Shown in pieces: positions 58,652 through 64,000 of a stretch of 64,000 bases of DNA; the stretch's first letter is position 1, and every line of letters starts with the position of its first letter. The notes below the pieces were generated by a model that saw nothing but the letters and a program-made list of their open reading frames with translations, ran no database searches and was not told the DNA's origin. The position numbers were made by a program, and so were the translations under genes. Source of the DNA: a virus; the IMG/VR virus record IMGVR_UViG_3300048837_000549, positions 1 through 64,000 of that record; one strand, given 5' to 3'.

Positions 58652-58885
58652 ATGAAAATATTAAAGTTGATTAAAGAATATCTTACTACTATACTTACTA
58701 TTATATTTGTGGTAGCAATATTCATAGGTATAGTAGTAGCTGTAATATATCTCAGAGGTACAAATAAAAAAATTCAAATAGTCCCTGAGTTTAAAGTTAT
58801 AGATGCAAAAGTTGATCCTAATCTAGATGCATTAAGTGAGTCAGTTGAGATAGCAAAAAATATATTAAAGAAGGTGAACAAATGA
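58652..58885 (+). CDS. single-TM membrane protein
   Basis: Long hydrophobic N-terminal helix. Confidence 0.55.
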   Translation: MKILKLIKEYLTTILTIIFVVAIFIGIVVAVIYLRGTNKKIQIVPEFKVIDAKVDPNLDALSESVEIAKNILKKVNK

Positions 58886-59308
58886 AAAGATATAAAAGTT
58901 ACTTTAAGGAAAGTAATTATAAATTTAATACTAAAACAACTGGTATGTCTCTATATGATGATATAATGAAAAAACCTGAATATCATCAATACTACAAAGG
59001 GTTGATTTACACTATTGAACAGATGTCTCCTCAAGAGTATATGAATAAAACTAAAAACTCTACAAGTAGTAATCCATTAGCCGGTGTTGATATAAATAAA
59101 GTAGATAAGTATGTAGATCAAATATCTAAAGGTAAAAAGTTTGATATGCCTGTTTTAGAATATGATACGGATGGCTGGGTTGAACATGAAGGTAGACATA
59201 GAGCATTAGCTATGGATAATTAGGGGTAAATAAAATAGATGTTATGGTAGTTAAAAGAGTTAAAAAAGATATTGAAAAATGGTATGATATAGCGGGGAAA
59301 AGTATATA
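58882..59308 (+). CDS. tagged ParB/Srx-like protein with an apparent 1-nt deletion near 59219
   Basis: MKRYKSYFKES; MPVL...EGRHRALA; the -1 frame continues LGVNKIDVMVV, completing the ParB motif. Confidence 0.6.
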
Positions 59309-59611
59309 ATGAAAAGATATAAATTTAAAGAGAATGATGACGACTATTACTCTATAGATAATACAAAAGAAAATAGAGATATGTTTATAAGAATGATAGC
59401 AGAAGACTACGCTGATTGGATGGCTACTGCTCATGATGCTTATGTTAATCAGGAACACTCTCATGAATTTACAAAAGGATTATTTATGAAGAGTGCAATG
59501 GGGATAGCTAAAGCCGCATCTAAAAGAAATAAAACTGTCGACGATCTTCATGAGTATAGGGAGGATATGCTATCACGCATATTTAGATTGAAGAAGAAAT
59601 TAGGTATATAA
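59309..59611 (+). CDS. MKRY-tagged protein
   Basis: MKRYKFKEN. Confidence 0.6.
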   Translation: MKRYKFKENDDDYYSIDNTKENRDMFIRMIAEDYADWMATAHDAYVNQEHSHEFTKGLFMKSAMGIAKAASKRNKTVDDLHEYREDMLSRIFRLKKKLGI

Positions 59612-60361
59612 ATGAAAAGATACCAACCCTATTTTAATCATGGTAAATTATATGAGTGGACTTCAAGAGATAATAGTGAATATATCTTATTTGAGAAGTA
59701 TACTAATTTATTCTTACAGGGCAGACTTGATGAATTTAGCATACCTAAAGCTATTAAAGATAAATTTGAATTTATAAAAGAGTTATCTGTGGAAACGGGC
59801 TTTAAGATTAAAGATTTATTTAAATTATTTCTTAATAAATATGTATTTAAATTCTTCACTCTTATAGGTTGGTCAATAACTAAACTCTTTAATATAGTTA
59901 AATCGGGATATAAAGCTTACCAGGATTTACAAAAAGTAATAACAGAATATGTTCACTCGAATAAAGTGATACAATGGACTAAAAATGAATTAGAAAAGCT
60001 TGATACATTTTTAAGTAAGCATCCTAAGACAAGAAGAATTGTTGGGGTTGCGGTTGCGGTTGCGGGGCTTCTTATTTATATATGGTTAACAATGAGTTTT
60101 ACAGGAGATGCTTTGGATGATTTTGACATAACTATGGTGTTTGCTTCTCTTACAGGGCATGCAACATTATCTGATGTATTTGGTACTCCAGCAGGAACTA
60201 AAATGTTGATGTTATTTGTAACGGGTGCTATTACTGGACTGGGTTTTCCTTGGGGAGGGAGTAGTTTATTTAAATTTAGTATAGCAGTTATTGTAAGTCT
60301 TGCAAAACTATTTAAGCAAAAAATAAGTAAAGGTAATGATATATCACAGGTAAACGGATGA
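59612..60361 (+). CDS. MKRY-tagged membrane protein
   Basis: MKRYQPYF; several C-terminal hydrophobic helices. Confidence 0.6.
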   Translation: MKRYQPYFNHGKLYEWTSRDNSEYILFEKYTNLFLQGRLDEFSIPKAIKDKFEFIKELSVETGFKIKDLFKLFLNKYVFKFFTLIGWSITKLFNIVKSGYKAYQDLQKVITEYVHSNKVIQWTKNELEKLDTFLSKHPKTRRIVGVAVAVAGLLIYIWLTMSFTGDALDDFDITMVFASLTGHATLSDVFGTPAGTKMLMLFVTGAITGLGFPWGGSSLFKFSIAVIVSLAKLFKQKISKGNDISQVNG

Positions 60362-60414
60362 AAAGGTATGAATCATATTCAATCGCAAATTATACTTATT
60401 AAAGGACAATTAAA

Positions 60415-60855
60415 ATGAAAAAATTATTTATAACAATATTATTTCTAGTATGCTTTACGGGATTAGTATTTCCTAAGTCAAGTGATGTAGTAATTACTCA
60501 AGATAATAGGGTGATAGGTAAACTGACATCTTCTCAATTTGAACTACTTGTACAAGCTGCGGATAACTATCAAGAGATTATGTTAGCACAAAAAGAAAAT
60601 AGAGTATCTATTCAAATAATATCAGATATAGAAAAAACATCAGTACCCGGGCAGTATAAAGCAGTATTAAAAATTCAATGGTTAAATAGTAAGAATGAAG
60701 AAATTAACTTTGTAAGTTCAGTTATGTTTCTTACGATAGATAATCCAAATGATACGTCTGTCACTGAATGGAAAATACTATATAGAGACATTGCTGAAAT
60801 AGGTTTTCCACTTTCTAGTGTCTTATTGATACTAATAATTATAGTTTTACTTTAA
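60415..60855 (+). CDS. secreted/membrane-anchored protein
   Basis: Signal-peptide-like MKKLFITILFLVCF and C-terminal TM segment. Confidence 0.55.
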   Translation: MKKLFITILFLVCFTGLVFPKSSDVVITQDNRVIGKLTSSQFELLVQAADNYQEIMLAQKENRVSIQIISDIEKTSVPGQYKAVLKIQWLNSKNEEINFVSSVMFLTIDNPNDTSVTEWKILYRDIAEIGFPLSSVLLILIIIVLL

Positions 60856-60868
60856 GAGGGAAAATAAT

Positions 60869-61609
60869 ATGTCAGTAGTGACAATAGATAGTGTATGGTT
60901 AAACCAGATCAAGAAAATAATTGCCGCCCCTATGGTCGATTCTTTGTTGCTTTCTGACGAAGAAATAAAGGATCTAATTATCTTTCCAGTTCTTCAAAAA
61001 TATTTCACAAAGTTTCCTATTAAAGAAGAACTTCAAATGTCAATAAATGGAGAAATGTTTATACCTTTTCCAGACGAATATACCTTCGGGGTTCTTGACT
61101 GTAGGGTAGTTGACATTGGCTTACTTCCAGGAAGTGGAACTGGATTTTGGGACTTAGTACTATTTACAAATACTAATTCTATGAGTTCTTCTATGAAAGG
61201 TTCTGGCGCTTATGGATATAATCCTTCAGGACTTCTTTATCAAAGAGATGTAGAAAGACAACAATATAAATCACAGCAAAATCAGTATACTACTATTAAG
61301 TCGAGGGTAGATATTACAAATAAAAGACTCATAGTATATAGTTCAATGACAGGGTCTCTTAATATAACATGGGCAAAATATAGCAATAATTTTGACTCCG
61401 TAATGTTTGAAAGAAGAGACGATGTAATTAAACTTTGTCAAGCGGAGTTACTAGATCACTTAATAGACGCAGCTTCAATTCTTTCAGATTCTGGGTTGGA
61501 AATTTCTATCAATATAGATAAACTTGGAGAGAGATCAGAAAAGCTAAAAGAATATGTTAAAGAAAGATGGGATGCCGTACAGGAAATTATATTTCTTCAC
61601 AGTGTGTAG
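60869..61609 (+). CDS. putative neck/head-completion protein (T4 gp13-like)
   Basis: IKK...P.....L.DEEI N-terminus and ....L.ER...LKE...W C-terminus typical of adaptor proteins; late motif at 60830. Confidence 0.55.
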   Translation: MSVVTIDSVWLNQIKKIIAAPMVDSLLLSDEEIKDLIIFPVLQKYFTKFPIKEELQMSINGEMFIPFPDEYTFGVLDCRVVDIGLLPGSGTGFWDLVLFTNTNSMSSSMKGSGAYGYNPSGLLYQRDVERQQYKSQQNQYTTIKSRVDITNKRLIVYSSMTGSLNITWAKYSNNFDSVMFERRDDVIKLCQAELLDHLIDAASILSDSGLEISINIDKLGERSEKLKEYVKERWDAVQEIIFLHSV

Positions 61610-61882
61610 GTATATAATCAGTCCAACACATACATTTTAAATTGTTGTGTAAACAGCATTGATACTCTTTACCCATATGTACACATAATCCTTTCTTAAT
61701 TATTTTACGAGAATCACAACATATAGAATAATCAGGATAATAAGATTTCATTTATTTTATGTGTTGTGATTTATATTTGATTTTCTTCTTACAATTTAAA
61801 TTCCACTTCTTAAATCTATAATTACCATCAAGAAACAAATACTGTAAATTAAATAATTCATTACAAAATCTTTTTAAAAATA

Positions 61883-62287
61883 TCATTTAGACTCAATCCT
61901 CAATTTATTTTTTTCTGCGTCTTCTCTAACACCTTTCATTTCCCCCACAATACCTAATACTGCTATACCAAAATCTTCAACTTTAGATGCTATCTTTGTT
62001 GCCATAAAAGAGTTTTCTTTTGCATTCTTTTTAATCATATATTCTCTAGTATCTAATTCTTTTTCTCTTTGCTTATATGATTTTATAGTATCTTGCAACA
62101 TACTGATTTCAGCATTCTTCTCTTGTATCTCTAATTCATGTTCTCTTTTTTGATGAGATAAGGCATCTTCAAGTTTTTCTCCCCAATACTTTTCATCTAG
62201 TTTTTTCTGTCTTTCTTTAGATTTTTTTAACATATCTGTAAGATCAGTAAGTCTAAACAATTTAATTATTAGTAATTTCCAATTCAT
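61883..62287 (-). CDS. coiled-coil hypothetical protein
   Basis: ORF track. Confidence 0.55.
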   Translation of the reverse strand: MNWKLLIIKLFRLTDLTDMLKKSKERQKKLDEKYWGEKLEDALSHQKREHELEIQEKNAEISMLQDTIKSYKQREKELDTREYMIKKNAKENSFMATKIASKVEDFGIAVLGIVGEMKGVREDAEKNKLRIESK

Positions 62288-62685
62288 CTATTTTATCCCT
62301 GGACATTTTTCTTGGTTAACATAAGGACATTTGTTACAATCTTTACTTACAAGACATTCTGATATTATTTGTTTAATCATCCCCTTCACCTCTTTTCTGG
62401 TTTAATTATTTTATTTCAATTTTATGTCCACAATAAGGACAAAAAATAAATCTTCCGTAATTATCATAATCTATTCTTTTACCACATTTTGTATGATACT
62501 CCAAATCTTGAAACCCCATAGTTCCCGTATCTCTTAAAACATAAACACACTTTTTAACATTTTTGTCCTTCATATCACTTAATCCTCCTTTTGTGACACG
62601 CTGAACACGTCATCACTGCATATTTTCCAGCAAAGTATAAATGCTGTTATTGTTATAATTGCTAGCGTCATTTATTCGCTCTCCT

Positions 62686-62871
62686 TTATTCAATTATTTT
62701 TTCTGAATTAAATTCATACTCTCGCTTCTCTAGATTATACCTTCTCAACCATAGCTCATGTGTTTTAACATCGTACCAGTATTGGTTCATACATTTCTTA
62801 CATATTACTTTGCTATGTATAATCCATTTAAAAGAATCGCTACCACATTCGCACACAAAATATTTTTCCAT
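62686..62871 (-). CDS. zinc-ribbon protein
   Basis: CECG...CKKC. Confidence 0.55.
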   Translation of the reverse strand: MEKYFVCECGSDSFKWIIHSKVICKKCMNQYWYDVKTHELWLRRYNLEKREYEFNSEKIIE

Positions 62872-63058
62872 CTACTCACTCTCCTTTTTTAATTATTTGT
62901 CACTAGTCCTTTCGAAAGGTAACACTTTATCTTATTGCAATAGAATCTATATGGACATGCTTTGCAATATAAACTCATACTCCCTCCCTATACAACTATT
63001 ATTAAAAGAATTACAAACATCGCTACATACATTATACCTATTGCTATAGATACTCTAT

Positions 63059-63565
63059 TCATCTCTCTCCTCCCCACTCTTTAAGCTGTGATTTAAGGGC
63101 TTGAATAGTTTCTTCTTGTTTAGATATTAAATTTATTATACTGGAATGTTCATCATGACTTGTTTTTGTTAACCATTTTTTATACATCTCTTCCGCTTCC
63201 TCAACCAACATTTCAAGTTCGGATTTGCGGATGATTCCGAGTTGCTCTAGAAACCTGATAAAAACATCTTGCGTTAATGTTATAAAATCTGATAAAGACA
63301 TATATAATGATCTTGCTTCAGCTTCTGTCATATGTATCTTTTCCACTTCTTTCTCCTTTGATATGTAATAGTCGCACTCACCTGATATGCCATGTACAAT
63401 AAGAGGACTACGTTTTACTTCACAAGAAAATCTTTGACATCCTATACAATCCATTTCTTTCTCCTTTGGCTCGTATTCATCAAATTCTGAATTACAAATT
63501 ATATCATCTCTATTGCATATATGTTTTAAATTATCATACCATTTGCAAGTCTTACAATTTATCAT
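63059..63565 (-). CDS. Cys-rich hypothetical protein
   Basis: CKTC, CIGC motifs; AGGAG RBS. Confidence 0.55.
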   Translation of the reverse strand: MINCKTCKWYDNLKHICNRDDIICNSEFDEYEPKEKEMDCIGCQRFSCEVKRSPLIVHGISGECDYYISKEKEVEKIHMTEAEARSLYMSLSDFITLTQDVFIRFLEQLGIIRKSELEMLVEEAEEMYKKWLTKTSHDEHSSIINLISKQEETIQALKSQLKEWGGER

Positions 63566-63598
63566 TCTATCACTCCTGACTAAATAATCATTATGTCG

Positions 63599-63862
63599 TT
63601 ATTTTTGTTCTTTTAGATATTTGAATAACGTATCTTTGAGGTTTGAATAATATAATTTCCTTCTCTTGTCATCCAAAGCCATTGCGAGACAATTTATCAA
63701 CTCCGCTTTCTGCTGTTTTAATTTTTCGATCACTAAATCTCTTGCAACATTCGAGTCTGTTAGTATTGATATCTGCTGTTCAAGTTCATTAACATAATCA
63801 GTAACTGGAGACATATCTCCACCGGATATTGCTATATAATTTTTATATCGCTCTTTCCTCAT
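63599..63862 (-). CDS. hypothetical protein
   Basis: ORF track. Confidence 0.5.
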   Translation of the reverse strand: MRKERYKNYIAISGGDMSPVTDYVNELEQQISILTDSNVARDLVIEKLKQQKAELINCLAMALDDKRRKLYYSNLKDTLFKYLKEQK

Positions 63863-64000
63863 TTCTTTAACCTTTCATTCTCTGCTTTGAGATATTGAAC
63901 TGCTTCATATAATTTATGAACGCAATCAAGTCTCTCTTGCAATACTTCTTTTACAACGCCCATATTTTCAAGGTTCATTGCAAAAGGTCTGACGTTAGAA

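Noticed and set aside
62262-62274. TACTAATAAT on the minus strand inside the 61883 ORF
   Set aside because: It lies just inside the start of a gene (codons LLII), not upstream of one; probably a chance match in AT-rich DNA.
1-64000. Stop-codon reassignment
   Set aside because: Core genes are full length in the standard code, and TAA, TAG and TGA all end genes. The few breaks are frameshifts, not in-frame stops.
1-64000. tRNA or rRNA genes
   Set aside because: No cloverleaf or T-arm signature noticed in the short intergenic gaps; a tRNAscan run would be needed to exclude them fully.

Overview
A very AT-rich, densely coding segment of a large tailed phage (jumbo-type, with T4-like head morphogenesis genes). 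It encodes a portal, a prohead protease fused to a scaffold, a major capsid protein, a large terminase, neck and head-completion proteins, a tail-fibre/appendage cluster, a UvrD helicase, a primase, an ATP-dependent ligase, a glycosyltransferase cluster, and a minus-strand block of early-type genes (sigma-like factor, WGR-PARP, DUF2786). The main unexplained pattern is a short shared N-terminal peptide, M-K-R-Y-x(1-4)-[F/Y]-x-E, on about 25 otherwise unrelated proteins scattered over both strands. It resembles the T4 internal-protein capsid-targeting sequence (MKTYQEFIAE), which the prohead protease removes after Glu. Tagged cargo includes three HExxH metallopeptidases, a GNAT, a Cys-His-Asp enzyme, a ParB-like protein, two RNase-like paralogs and a membrane protein. 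This suggests a large, modular set of capsid-packaged, injected effectors. A recurring TACTAATAA motif behaves like a late promoter. One copy lies inside the protease gene and appears to drive a nested scaffold start. All assignments come from reading motifs by eye; no database searches were run.
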